Source of the DNA: Planctomycetota bacterium
GTDB lineage: Bacteria > Planctomycetota > Planctomycetia > Pirellulales > Pirellulaceae
NCBI GenBank assembly: GCA_039200505.1
Contig: JBCCSJ010000002.1
Location: forward strand, 2,462 to 66,461
DNA length: 64,000 nt
Direction: 5' to 3'
The notes beneath the pieces were generated by a model. It was not told where the DNA came from. It saw only the letters and a program-made list of their open reading frames with translations, and ran no database searches. Both the position numbers and the translations under genes were made by a program. Shown here piece after piece: positions 1-8,987 of this stretch. Each line of letters starts with the position of its first letter. Within the stretch, counting starts at the first letter, position 1.

Positions 1-16
1 GCTAATCTTCGCCCGA

Positions 17-247
17 TTAATTTGGGCCACGAAGCAGGATAGCGAGATACGGAAACAAGAAGGACAGAATCGTCAGTACGACGAGGATCAAAATCCACTT
101 GGGAAACGGCTTTTGGAAATCACCGGAGCTAAGAAATTCTCGGCAATGAGGACACTGATCGATGCCGTCAAAAATTGATTGGCCACATCGAGGACAGTCT
201 ACTGCAAAATCTTCTTCTTCGTCCAAATCGTAATCGTCGTACGTCAT
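17..247 (-). CDS. small zinc-ribbon membrane protein (hypothetical)
   Basis: 76-aa ORF. Acidic N-terminus, CPRC-x10-CPHC four-Cys pattern, one C-terminal hydrophobic helix (WILILVVLTILSFLFPYLAIL). Confidence 0.5.
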   Translation of the reverse strand: MTYDDYDLDEEEDFAVDCPRCGQSIFDGIDQCPHCREFLSSGDFQKPFPKWILILVVLTILSFLFPYLAILLRGPN

Positions 248-314
248 TCAACACCACGGATTTCGTTTTTCGCGATTTGCGGACTATATGATAACCCGAC
301 TGGGAGGAATCGAG

Positions 315-1697
315 ATGCATTCATTCAAAAACACTATGGTTGCTGTGGCTTTGTTGGGGCTCTCATTTGTATTTTTCAATTATACCATTCGTCTCAAACC
401 TGTTGACGAATCACTTGACCCCCCTGAGTTAGAAATCGTAGAAGATTCGGGATTCGAATCGAACTCGGGTCGGGCAGAATTTCCACCAGTGGCTGAGTTT
501 CCAGCAGATAATTTTGAAACCGTAAATTCCAATTCACGGGAAATCGTCCCGCCGTTCGATTCTTCTAATTCCTTTGAAAAGAACAATTCGTTAGAAACCG
601 GCATCCAAAAAACAGCCCCACCGAGTTTTGGTGGCCAGATCGCAAGTGACAATTCGTTCTCTATTGAAAGCCCCCAGCCGGCAACGGCTCCGGAATCCAG
701 TTTTGAGAGCAGCAATTCATTTAACGATTTTGGTACCAACTCAATTTCCAAAAACCAGGCTCCGCCATCTTCCAAAACCAGCCTTGAAAGAGATCGGGGC
801 TTAATTGCCGCATTGGAAAAACAGGCTAACTCCAATAATCAATTTGTTGCTGACAGTTCCCCAACTAATGGAACGCCGAAGCTGAACGAATCTGATTCAT
901 CCTTCAACTCGATGGCAGGAAATTTTGGGGATTCTAAATCAAGAGACAACGGCCTTTCTCTGGCCGATGGATCCATGCCTCGTTCTCCTATCAGTTTTGA
1001 AGAATCTTGGCAGATCGTCAATTCAATGATCGATCAATCCCGGTTTCGTGAGGCCCTCGAATTGCTTAGTCAATTTTATCGAGATGATTCGGTTACCGGG
1101 CCCCAGCGACAACGGCTACAAGGCTGGCTTGATGCATTGGGCAGCAAAGTGATTTTTTCGATGGAGCACCACCTTTCGGGGGCTCCTTATATCACTCGTG
1201 AGGGCGAAACATTGCAAGACATCGCAAAATCCTGGGACGTGCCCGCCGAGCTGATTTATAACGTCAATCGAGACGCTTTGCATTCGCCCGATTTATTGCC
1301 ACCGGGGATTCGGCTGAAGAAAATTCAAGGACCATTTCGAATTGAGATCGATCGTGATAACAATGAAATGACTTTATTTTTGGGTGAGATGTATGCAACT
1401 CGATTCCCGGTCCGACTTGGTATTTCAGGAAACCCAGGTCCCGGTACTTACGAGGTGATGGTCAAGTCGGAAAATGGCCACAGTTGGCGTGACGCGACCG
1501 GACAGGAATTTCCGCCAGAAGCACCTGAAAATGGCTACGGCCCATTTTGGATGGGGCTAACGAGCAGCCTTTGTATTCATGCCATCGATGATTCGATCAG
1601 CAATGGCCACCGCGGTTGCATCGGGCTGCGACAAAAAGATGCCAAAGATATTTTTGGCACTCTGGTTCGAGGTTCAACGGTGAAGATTCTAAGATAA
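315..1697 (+). CDS. LysM domain-containing L,D-transpeptidase (YkuD family), membrane-anchored
   Basis: ORF 288-1697. ATG at 315 preferred because GGAGG lies at 303-307. Signal anchor MHSFKNTMVAVALLGLSFVFF, Ser/Asn-rich region with repeated SNSF/SSF motifs, LysM-like stretch (YITREGETLQDIAKSWDVPAELIYNVN), and a C-terminal YkuD signature with His...Cys (IHAIDD...NGHRGCIGL). Confidence 0.8.
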   Translation: MHSFKNTMVAVALLGLSFVFFNYTIRLKPVDESLDPPELEIVEDSGFESNSGRAEFPPVAEFPADNFETVNSNSREIVPPFDSSNSFEKNNSLETGIQKTAPPSFGGQIASDNSFSIESPQPATAPESSFESSNSFNDFGTNSISKNQAPPSSKTSLERDRGLIAALEKQANSNNQFVADSSPTNGTPKLNESDSSFNSMAGNFGDSKSRDNGLSLADGSMPRSPISFEESWQIVNSMIDQSRFREALELLSQFYRDDSVTGPQRQRLQGWLDALGSKVIFSMEHHLSGAPYITREGETLQDIAKSWDVPAELIYNVNRDALHSPDLLPPGIRLKKIQGPFRIEIDRDNNEMTLFLGEMYATRFPVRLGISGNPGPGTYEVMVKSENGHSWRDATGQEFPPEAPENGYGPFWMGLTSSLCIHAIDDSISNGHRGCIGLRQKDAKDIFGTLVRGSTVKILR

Positions 1698-1890
1698 GTT
1701 CAGAGCCTTACTGCTGCGTTTGGTTTGGAAGCCGAGGTTTCGTAAACGGTTGTTACCTATCCGTTACACTTTGGCGGATCATTCGTTGTATGATTCAATC
1801 GGGTGGATTTCGCTTGTTCTACAATGACTTTGCGTCGGCAAGTGACAAAAATCCGACCGAACCTGTTTTGAATCTCTGACGTGATGAAAG

Positions 1891-2598
1891 ATGATGACCT
1901 CGATCTTAACCATCGAAGATGATCCCTCGATTCGCCGCGGAATCGTAGATGCACTCACCTTCCATGGTTATTTTGTGATCGAAGCGGCCAACGGAAATGA
2001 TGGTTTGGAAAAAGCTACGACTGCCGAATACGATTTGTTGCTGCTTGACCTTGCACTGCCGGGAATTTCAGGACTTCAGATTCTGAAAGAACTACGCAAC
2101 TCCCGTCCAACGCAGCCAGTCATTATCTTGACCGCCAAGGGGGATGAAACCGATCGAGTTAACGGATTGAAATCGGGTGCTGATGATTACGTGGTCAAAC
2201 CATTCAGTGTAAAAGAGTTGATGGCCCGAGTCGAAGCGGTCCTTCGAAGAACTCCTGAGCGTCCTAGCACATTCAAAAAAATCACCTTTCCACAGGGTAC
2301 CGTCGATTTGGATCGGCACGAGATACGTTTTCAGGACGGAACTCGAGCTGAATTGTCGGAGAAAGAAACGGAGCTGATCGGGTACTTGGCAAATCACCGA
2401 GGAAGAGCCGTCAGCCGAGATGAACTACTGTCGAGCGTTTGGCGGCTAAGCCCCAAAGGGATTTCGACACGAACGATCGATATGCATATCGCAAGGTTGC
2501 GAGAAAAACTGAACGATACCAAGTTGAAGCCAACGATTTTGCTGACTGTTCGCGGCAAAGGTTATATGTGGGCTGAAAATCGGCAGGGTGATTCGTGA
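1891..2598 (+). CDS. OmpR-family response regulator (receiver + winged-helix DNA binding)
   Basis: Receiver motifs (ILTIEDDPSIRRG, LLLLDLALPG, VVKPF) followed by a trans_reg_C-like C-terminus (TRTIDMHIARLREKL...TVRGKGY). Confidence 0.9.
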   Translation: MMTSILTIEDDPSIRRGIVDALTFHGYFVIEAANGNDGLEKATTAEYDLLLLDLALPGISGLQILKELRNSRPTQPVIILTAKGDETDRVNGLKSGADDYVVKPFSVKELMARVEAVLRRTPERPSTFKKITFPQGTVDLDRHEIRFQDGTRAELSEKETELIGYLANHRGRAVSRDELLSSVWRLSPKGISTRTIDMHIARLREKLNDTKLKPTILLTVRGKGYMWAENRQGDS

Positions 2599-4586
2599 TC
2601 AAGCGCCCGTGGTTTATTTGGACTATTTTTTTGTTATGCGTCAGTGGTTTGCTGATCGCGATGGTGTGGCTGAGCTTTAAAACCATTCAATTGGATGCTC
2701 GTCGAGAAAATGATCGTCGAGAAAGTGAGCTTGCTCGACAAGAAGCCGAACTTCAGGAACGAATCGCTTCAGCGCTTTATCGGTTGGATCTGTTTTTATT
2801 GCCTGTTGTGGCACGAGAGGCAGGCAATCCCTACTATTTTTATAGTGCTTTTTACAAAGTACCTTCAATCAATCTACCTGATCCGAACTATTACGATTCT
2901 CAGATAACCTGGACTCCACCCCGACCTACTGATGTGCCGCCGTTTGCATCCCCGTTGCTGGCTCAAAAATCAGATTACGTCAAACTTCATTATCAGTTGA
3001 CTAAAGATGGAACAGTGTCATCCCCGAAATTGCCAGACAAGATTTGGCAGAACTTCGCAGCCGATTTTTATAATCTGCCAAAAAACCAATTCAGTGAAAC
3101 TGGGGCTCTGATCAAGGAAACCAGGGGCTTCTGTACGTTTGACGTTTTGGCCGAAAAGTTGGGGATCGGCGAGGATCTATTGCCTGATTCTGTGTCACAG
3201 ATGGCGAGCGTTTATGAGGTACCAGTCATCAATAAAATTGCTGAAAAAATAAAGGAGTCGAAACTGAAATCTTTGGCCGATAGCCAAAGCTGGCTTCAGA
3301 AACCCAGCGTCGACAAGATCACGATTCAAAAGAACCGAGGCGACCAACGGGTCAATGAGGACTTCAATCGCCGTCGGGACGCCACCCGCAACCTTGCCAT
3401 TCAGCAACAGAATACGCTTGGCAATTCTCTCCCGCCTCTTTTCAACAATTCGCCTGATTTTCAAACCAATGATCAGCAGATTGAGTACCGCAACAAAAAG
3501 AGTGAGGCAGTAACGGGGGCTATGCAGCCCTATTGGTTGAACGACCAATTGGTTCTGGCGCGCCAGATCCAGTTTCAAGACGAAGTTCGTTTTCAATGTT
3601 GTTGGTTGGATTGGCAGCAAATTGAAACGGCGATGCAGAATGAAATCCGTGATGTATTGCCCAATGTTGTCTTCCAGCCGATCCGTCTCGATTCAGATTT
3701 GAACTTGGGGACGGCACTAACGACGCTTCCGGTTCAGTTGGTTGTTGACAGTTCTACCATCTTGCCCACCCTTTCGCTTGACCGAGGACGAAAGCTGGAC
3801 GATCCATCGGGACTTAAGGTTGCATTACTATTCGCTTGGATCTTGATGGTGATTGCAGTGCTGGCTTCTGCTTTGATGTTGAACGGTGTGATGAAATTAA
3901 GTGAACGTCGAGCTTCGTTTGTGTCCGCGGTGACTCATGAATTGCGGACCCCGCTGACTACTTTTCGAATGTACGCCGAAATGTTGGCCGAAAAAATGGT
4001 CCCAGAACATCGCCAACAAGAATATGCAAATACCCTCAAAATTCAATCTGAACGACTGGCCCATCTGGTCGAAAACGTTTTGCAATACGCCAAGCTGGAA
4101 CGAAATCCTGCCAGCTTAGCCCCGGAAACATGTGCGATTGCCGATTTAGTGGATCGTTTTTCGACTCGTCTTAAAGATCGATGCGAAATTGATAGTCGTT
4201 CGCTGAGGATTGAAATTGAGGACTCGTTAAAACAAACAACCATCCGAACCCAGCCAGGTCATATCGAACAAATTTTGTTCAACTTGGTCGACAATGCCTG
4301 CAAATATGCCAGCCCGGCAGAAAAAGATGAGATCCTGATCCGTATCAGTCGAACTGGTTCGCGAGTTCAATTGATCGTGCGGGACTATGGCCCGGGCATT
4401 TTACCTGCTCAACGACGCCGCATCTTTCTTCCGTTTCATAAATCGGATTTAGAAGCGGCCAACACTGCCCCGGGAGTCGGTTTGGGGTTGGCCCTTTGTA
4501 AAAGAATGGCCCAAACTCTCGGGGGTAGTCTTCGCCAAGAAAACGGCGAACCAGGATCACGGTTTATACTTGAAATTCCAATTTGA
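2595..4586 (+). CDS. sensor histidine kinase with large extracytoplasmic domain
   Basis: GTG start overlaps the regulator stop by 4 nt (GTGA). N-terminal TM, ~400-aa loop, second TM, H-box SFVSAVTHELRTPLTT, N box NLVDNACKYA, G boxes RDYGPGI / GVGLGLALCKR. Confidence 0.9.
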   Translation: MIKRPWFIWTIFLLCVSGLLIAMVWLSFKTIQLDARRENDRRESELARQEAELQERIASALYRLDLFLLPVVAREAGNPYYFYSAFYKVPSINLPDPNYYDSQITWTPPRPTDVPPFASPLLAQKSDYVKLHYQLTKDGTVSSPKLPDKIWQNFAADFYNLPKNQFSETGALIKETRGFCTFDVLAEKLGIGEDLLPDSVSQMASVYEVPVINKIAEKIKESKLKSLADSQSWLQKPSVDKITIQKNRGDQRVNEDFNRRRDATRNLAIQQQNTLGNSLPPLFNNSPDFQTNDQQIEYRNKKSEAVTGAMQPYWLNDQLVLARQIQFQDEVRFQCCWLDWQQIETAMQNEIRDVLPNVVFQPIRLDSDLNLGTALTTLPVQLVVDSSTILPTLSLDRGRKLDDPSGLKVALLFAWILMVIAVLASALMLNGVMKLSERRASFVSAVTHELRTPLTTFRMYAEMLAEKMVPEHRQQEYANTLKIQSERLAHLVENVLQYAKLERNPASLAPETCAIADLVDRFSTRLKDRCEIDSRSLRIEIEDSLKQTTIRTQPGHIEQILFNLVDNACKYASPAEKDEILIRISRTGSRVQLIVRDYGPGILPAQRRRIFLPFHKSDLEAANTAPGVGLGLALCKRMAQTLGGSLRQENGEPGSRFILEIPI

Positions 4587-4592
4587 AAAAAA

Positions 4593-4614
4593 GGCGATCG
4601 TTCAAACGATCGCC
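4593..4614. terminator. bidirectional stem-loop between convergent genes
   Basis: GGCGATCG-ttcaaa-CGATCGCC is a perfect 8-bp GC-rich stem. An A-run (4586-4592) lies on the + strand, which gives a U-run after the hairpin for the minus-strand fasciclin transcript. It sits between the kinase stop (4586) and the fasciclin stop (4668). Confidence 0.6.
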
Positions 4615-4667
4615 AATGATATTTACTTGTTTCATTTTCAATCCTGGGCCGCAGGATAATTCAAGAA

Positions 4668-5618
4668 TTAGTGATGCCCCTTGCGTTGACTGGATGTCTT
4701 GATCTTGTCCTTCATGGGGGGCATGAGAACGGTGTCAACGATATGAATGATTCCATTCTTAGCCATCACGTCGTTACTGGTCACTGTCGATTGATTAATC
4801 TTGAGCTTGCCATCTTGGATTGAAATCTTGACCTTTTGTCCGTTGAGAGTTTTGGCTTGCATCGCATTCACTGCATCGGCAGCGGACACCTTACCTGAGA
4901 CGACATGGTACTTCAGGATGTCAACTAATTGATCGCGATTTTCTTTTTTGAGCAAACTTTCAATAGTCTTCTGCCCAAGTTTTTGGAATGCTTTGTCTGT
5001 CGGAGCAAAAACTGTGAAGAGTCCTTTGGTTTGAAGATTTTCAGCCAATCCGGCAGTGGTAGCAGCTTGAAGCAAGGTATTAAAGACTTTGGCTTGTTTG
5101 GCAACACCTACGATCGAGTCATCCTTTTCCGCAGGCAGCAAAACGGAATCGATTCCATGAATGAGTCCGTTGCTGCATCGGATGTTCCGATCCAAAATAT
5201 TGGAGTCATTGATTCGGACTTTCGAACCGTTGCGAGCAAACTTGACGGGTGTACCATTCAATGTTGACGCGGAAGTAATCGGGTGAGAAGGCTGGTTCTT
5301 GGGAACGGAAATCGTTTGCGGGATCACGTGGTATTTAAGAATCTGGGCCAGTTTTGATTTGTTTTCCGGCTTGGATAACGTCTCAAGAGTGCCCTTGGGA
5401 AGCTTGGAAAAGGCTTCATCGGTTGGGGCGAACACGGTGAAATGCCCCTTTCCTGATAATGCGTCGTCTAAATCTGCCGCAACCAGCAGGGAAACCAGCC
5501 GATTAAATTTTCCGGATCGGGCTGCTGTTTTTAAAATAGAATCCCGGGCTAGCAATTGAGTTGAGATGCACTGGGATACGACCATCGCCGTGAATAGTAA
5601 CAAAATGCTTTTTTTCAT
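4668..5618 (-). CDS. secreted fasciclin (2 x FAS1) domain protein
   Basis: Two FAS1 repeats (FTVFAPTDEAFSKLP...NGLIHGIDSVLLP and FTVFAPTDKAFQKLG...NGIIHIVDTVLMP). Signal peptide starts at MKKSILLLFTAMVV, so the start is set at ATG 5618 within ORF 4668-5669. Confidence 0.85.
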   Translation of the reverse strand: MKKSILLLFTAMVVSQCISTQLLARDSILKTAARSGKFNRLVSLLVAADLDDALSGKGHFTVFAPTDEAFSKLPKGTLETLSKPENKSKLAQILKYHVIPQTISVPKNQPSHPITSASTLNGTPVKFARNGSKVRINDSNILDRNIRCSNGLIHGIDSVLLPAEKDDSIVGVAKQAKVFNTLLQAATTAGLAENLQTKGLFTVFAPTDKAFQKLGQKTIESLLKKENRDQLVDILKYHVVSGKVSAADAVNAMQAKTLNGQKVKISIQDGKLKINQSTVTSNDVMAKNGIIHIVDTVLMPPMKDKIKTSSQRKGHH

Positions 5619-5820
5619 CAGATTGAATCCTTGTTTGAGTAGAAAGGTATGCCAACGTGACGGTTGCAACAGTCAGATTTCTATTCGATAAGAATCCAAT
5701 GACAGATTCAGACTGGTCCAAGAACATTTTGTTTATCGCGATCTAGTAGCAGATTTGAAAAAAAACCGTAAATGAAAAAACAATGGGTGAAAGATTTTTG
5801 AGCGCGGGACGTGTTCACGT

Positions 5821-6459
5821 GTGAGGACAATGATGAGCGATCCATTGAAAACACGAAATAGTCTGATCCTAAGGTTGCGCAACACGGACGATGCCGCAGC
5901 ATGGCAAGAGTTCCTTGAGATCTACCATCCGCTCATATTCCGGTTAGCCAGAAAATGCGGACTGCAAGAAGCAGATGCTCTCGATACAACCCAGGAAGTA
6001 TTGACCCGGATTGCCAAAGCGGTCAATCGTTGGGAACCCGGAGAAGAAAAAGGAAGTTTTCGTGGATGGCTAGGTCGGATAACGCGGAATCTTGTCATTG
6101 ACTTTATGAGGTCCAAAAAGCGGATCCCGCTGACTGGAAATGAGTCTTCGATTGGAAAAATGATTGAATCTAACCCAGTCATCGACGAAACCGATCAGGT
6201 TTACCAACTTGAGCAGCAAAAACAGATTTTTCTTTGGGCGGCCGAAAGCATTGAAAATACCTTTCAACCAAAATCGTGGAAAGCATTTTGGATGACGACG
6301 GTCGAGCAGAAAACAATCGACGATGTTTCCAAAGAACTGAATATGACACGGGGCGCTATTTATGTCGCTCGCAGTCGCGTCATGGCCAAATTGAAAAAGC
6401 AGGTTCAACGGCACCTCAATCTCGAAAGAAGCTTGCCACTGGAGAACAGCCATGAATGA
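5821..6459 (+). CDS. ECF-type RNA polymerase sigma factor
   Basis: Sigma-70 region 2 (FLEIYHPLIFRLARKCGLQEADALDTTQEVL...FRGWLGRITRNLVIDFMRS) and region 4 HTH (IDDVSKELNMTRGAIYVARSRVMAKLK). GTG at 5821, or ATG at 5830/5833, may be the true start. The stop overlaps the next gene (ATGAATGA). Confidence 0.85.
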   Translation: MRTMMSDPLKTRNSLILRLRNTDDAAAWQEFLEIYHPLIFRLARKCGLQEADALDTTQEVLTRIAKAVNRWEPGEEKGSFRGWLGRITRNLVIDFMRSKKRIPLTGNESSIGKMIESNPVIDETDQVYQLEQQKQIFLWAAESIENTFQPKSWKAFWMTTVEQKTIDDVSKELNMTRGAIYVARSRVMAKLKKQVQRHLNLERSLPLENSHE

Positions 6460-8104
6460 ACGCACTTGTCACGAACCCTATATCGAATCGTTACTGGACG
6501 AAAATTGCCCTCGCGCACTTCAAAAAGATTTAGAGCAGCATCTTGAGAACTGCCCGGAGTGCCGACAAAGACTTTTTGATCTGGCGGCTGACGATTATAT
6601 CTGGGCCGAAGCCACTAGCATGTTGTCCACGGTCGGTGACATTCGTTTGTCGGCAGAATCGGCTCAAAAGATTAAAGATACCACTTCTTTCCTGGTGTCG
6701 CGTCTGGATACGGATCCCGAACTGCCGGACCACTCTGCCCCAGTCGGTTATGACTGGACCAAAATTCTGGATCCACCGGCTCATCCCGAAGCAGTCGGTC
6801 GGATCGATCAATTTGAAATGGAGTCCAAGCTCGGTCAGGGAGGAATGGGAATTGTCCTCAAGGGGTTTGACAGAGAATTGAACCGGGCGGTTGCAATCAA
6901 AATCTTGGCCCCGCACCTTGCCGCCAACGGTACCGCTCGAAAACGATTTGCTCGGGAAGCACAAGCTGCTGCCGCAGTGGTCCACCCCAATGTCACCAGA
7001 ATTTATTCTGTCAAACAATCTCCTCAACGACCTTATATCGTGATGGAACTCGGACCGACCGAGTCTTTGCAAAATTTGGTCGACGAGCATGGCCCCTTGG
7101 ATGTCAAAAATGTGATTCGCATCGGTCTTCAGATCGCTTCGGGGCTTTCGGCCGCACACAAAATTGGACTGATTCACCGGGATATTAAACCGGGGAATAT
7201 CTTGGTCGAAAAAGATGTTTCGCGCGTCATGATCACTGATTTTGGTCTGGCCCGAGCCGTTGACGACGTCGGGATGACCCAGACCGGCTGGTTGACGGGA
7301 ACCCCCAACTACATGTCGCCCGAGCAAGCTCGAGGCGAGGAGTTGGACACTCGAAGTGACTTATTCAGCCTCGGAAGTTTGCTTTATTTTTTGGCAACCG
7401 GGCGAGAACCTTTCCGGGGCGAAAAAACTTACGCTGTCATTCAAAACATCATTCACGAGCATCCAGTCGACCCACGAAGCCTCAATTCAGAAGTGCCGAA
7501 ATACTTGGCGGACCTGATTCAGAAACTTCTCGAAAAGGATCCAGGTCATCGGTTCGAAGATGCGAACCATCTTTCCAATGTGCTTGAAAAGTATTTGGCC
7601 TATCTCGAACAACCGGGGCAAATGAAGCCCCCCAAACGGATCGTGTCGTCTCGAACGAAGCAAAAACAATGGATTGCCGCAGGGATCGCAAGTTTTGTTT
7701 TGGCGTCTACCGCGTCTTGGCTGTTGTTGTTTAAGCAACCGATTCAGCCGACCGAGAATCCTGACCAATTATCGACGAAAACAGAATCGAAGTTTCCGAC
7801 CGAAGCCGTTTCCATACTTGAGAATCCAGTTGAAGAACCAGAAAAATCGATCCTCGAACTAAATTCGATTTCAAATGAATATCAGTTTGACGACTTTGGG
7901 TACTTCCGAGAATTGGGCGAAATTAAATCCCGGATGAAGACGCTTGAATCGCAGCTTTTGGCACCGAATCAAAACATCCAAGGTCCAGGATTCGATAACC
8001 ATCTACCGACGATGCCCAATCTTGAATCAAGCGACGCCATTCGTTCTCTGGACGAAAAAGGTTTGAATTCGGACAACAAACTTCGTATCAAAAAATTCGA
8101 CTAA
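6452..8104 (+). CDS. anti-sigma (ZAS zinc-finger) domain fused to a transmembrane Ser/Thr protein kinase
   Basis: N-terminus has C6...H30-x3-C34-x2-C37 (HLENCPEC), the ZAS anti-sigma motif. Hanks kinase motifs: GQGGMGIV, VAIK, HRDIKPGNIL, DFG, SPE. One TM (WIAAGIASFVLASTASWLLLF) and a ~130-aa low-complexity exterior tail. Confidence 0.85.
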   Translation: MNERTCHEPYIESLLDENCPRALQKDLEQHLENCPECRQRLFDLAADDYIWAEATSMLSTVGDIRLSAESAQKIKDTTSFLVSRLDTDPELPDHSAPVGYDWTKILDPPAHPEAVGRIDQFEMESKLGQGGMGIVLKGFDRELNRAVAIKILAPHLAANGTARKRFAREAQAAAAVVHPNVTRIYSVKQSPQRPYIVMELGPTESLQNLVDEHGPLDVKNVIRIGLQIASGLSAAHKIGLIHRDIKPGNILVEKDVSRVMITDFGLARAVDDVGMTQTGWLTGTPNYMSPEQARGEELDTRSDLFSLGSLLYFLATGREPFRGEKTYAVIQNIIHEHPVDPRSLNSEVPKYLADLIQKLLEKDPGHRFEDANHLSNVLEKYLAYLEQPGQMKPPKRIVSSRTKQKQWIAAGIASFVLASTASWLLLFKQPIQPTENPDQLSTKTESKFPTEAVSILENPVEEPEKSILELNSISNEYQFDDFGYFRELGEIKSRMKTLESQLLAPNQNIQGPGFDNHLPTMPNLESSDAIRSLDEKGLNSDNKLRIKKFD

Positions 8105-8244
8105 CGTTTTGTTGGAAAAAACTGAGTGTTGTGTCAAACCGTGGCCCAAGGATTTTCCAGATTTTTGATACAAGACGAGATTTGCAAAAAACAGGTGTTC
8201 ATCAAATCAACTTTCAAATTCGTTTCCTTAAACCGAGTAGAAGC

Positions 8245-8901
8245 ATGAATCTAAAAATCTCAGCCATCTTATCCAAGTCCATTGTCGCTTTAGTGACGCT
8301 CTGCACCGCGACGGTTCTTCAAGCACAGTTTGAAAACGACATCTTGTCGACGCAACCTGCCGCAACAACGCTTAATGCTCTTGACTCCAATCGAGTCCAG
8401 ATATCGGGCTTGATGACGACGAGTTCTAATTTCTTTTTGCACGATCACGAAACTGCCACAAAGAATCGAGATCTGAATAATCAAATCACGGAAATCATCT
8501 CCAAAATCAAGTCGACCGAAGACGAATCAGAGAAGGCAAGTTTTAAGCCTGAACTCGAGGAGTTATTGGTCAAGCAGTACGACCTTTATCTTGAAACGCA
8601 CGAAAAACCGTTGATAGAACTTGAGGAACGATTGGCGAAGTTGCGGGAAGAATACAACAAACGTAAAAATGCGAAACAGGACCTGATTCAACTGCGGCTG
8701 GATACGATGTGGTACGACGCAATTGGAATGAACTGGCCAGGTGATCAAAATCCCAGATTGTTAAGGTTCAACAATTTAACGGGTACTGCTCGATTCCCAG
8801 GTGACGCAGGGGTTGCTCAGCCAGCCCGGTTCCTACCTAGAAAGCGTCCAGCCAATCCAAAACCACCGAAAAATGAACTTTCGGATGAATCTTTACGCTA
8901 G
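8245..8901 (+). CDS. secreted coiled-coil protein (hypothetical)
   Basis: ATG at 8245 gives the signal peptide MNLKISAILSKSIVALVTLCTATVLQAQ. Central Glu/Lys/Leu-rich helical region, basic Pro-rich C-terminus. Confidence 0.5.
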   Translation: MNLKISAILSKSIVALVTLCTATVLQAQFENDILSTQPAATTLNALDSNRVQISGLMTTSSNFFLHDHETATKNRDLNNQITEIISKIKSTEDESEKASFKPELEELLVKQYDLYLETHEKPLIELEERLAKLREEYNKRKNAKQDLIQLRLDTMWYDAIGMNWPGDQNPRLLRFNNLTGTARFPGDAGVAQPARFLPRKRPANPKPPKNELSDESLR

Positions 8902-8987
8902 GCGACCACACATTCCAGTTGGCTTGGTCAACGAATGCAAAACGAGTTAAACTGAGGCCTTTGATTCACGATCAAGGGTCTTTTTTC

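Noticed and set aside
6530-7327. 265-aa ORF antisense to the Ser/Thr kinase gene
   Set aside because: It lies entirely inside a CDS with unambiguous Hanks kinase motifs on the other strand. Its translation is Arg/Gly/Ser-rich with no motifs, which is typical of shadow ORFs.
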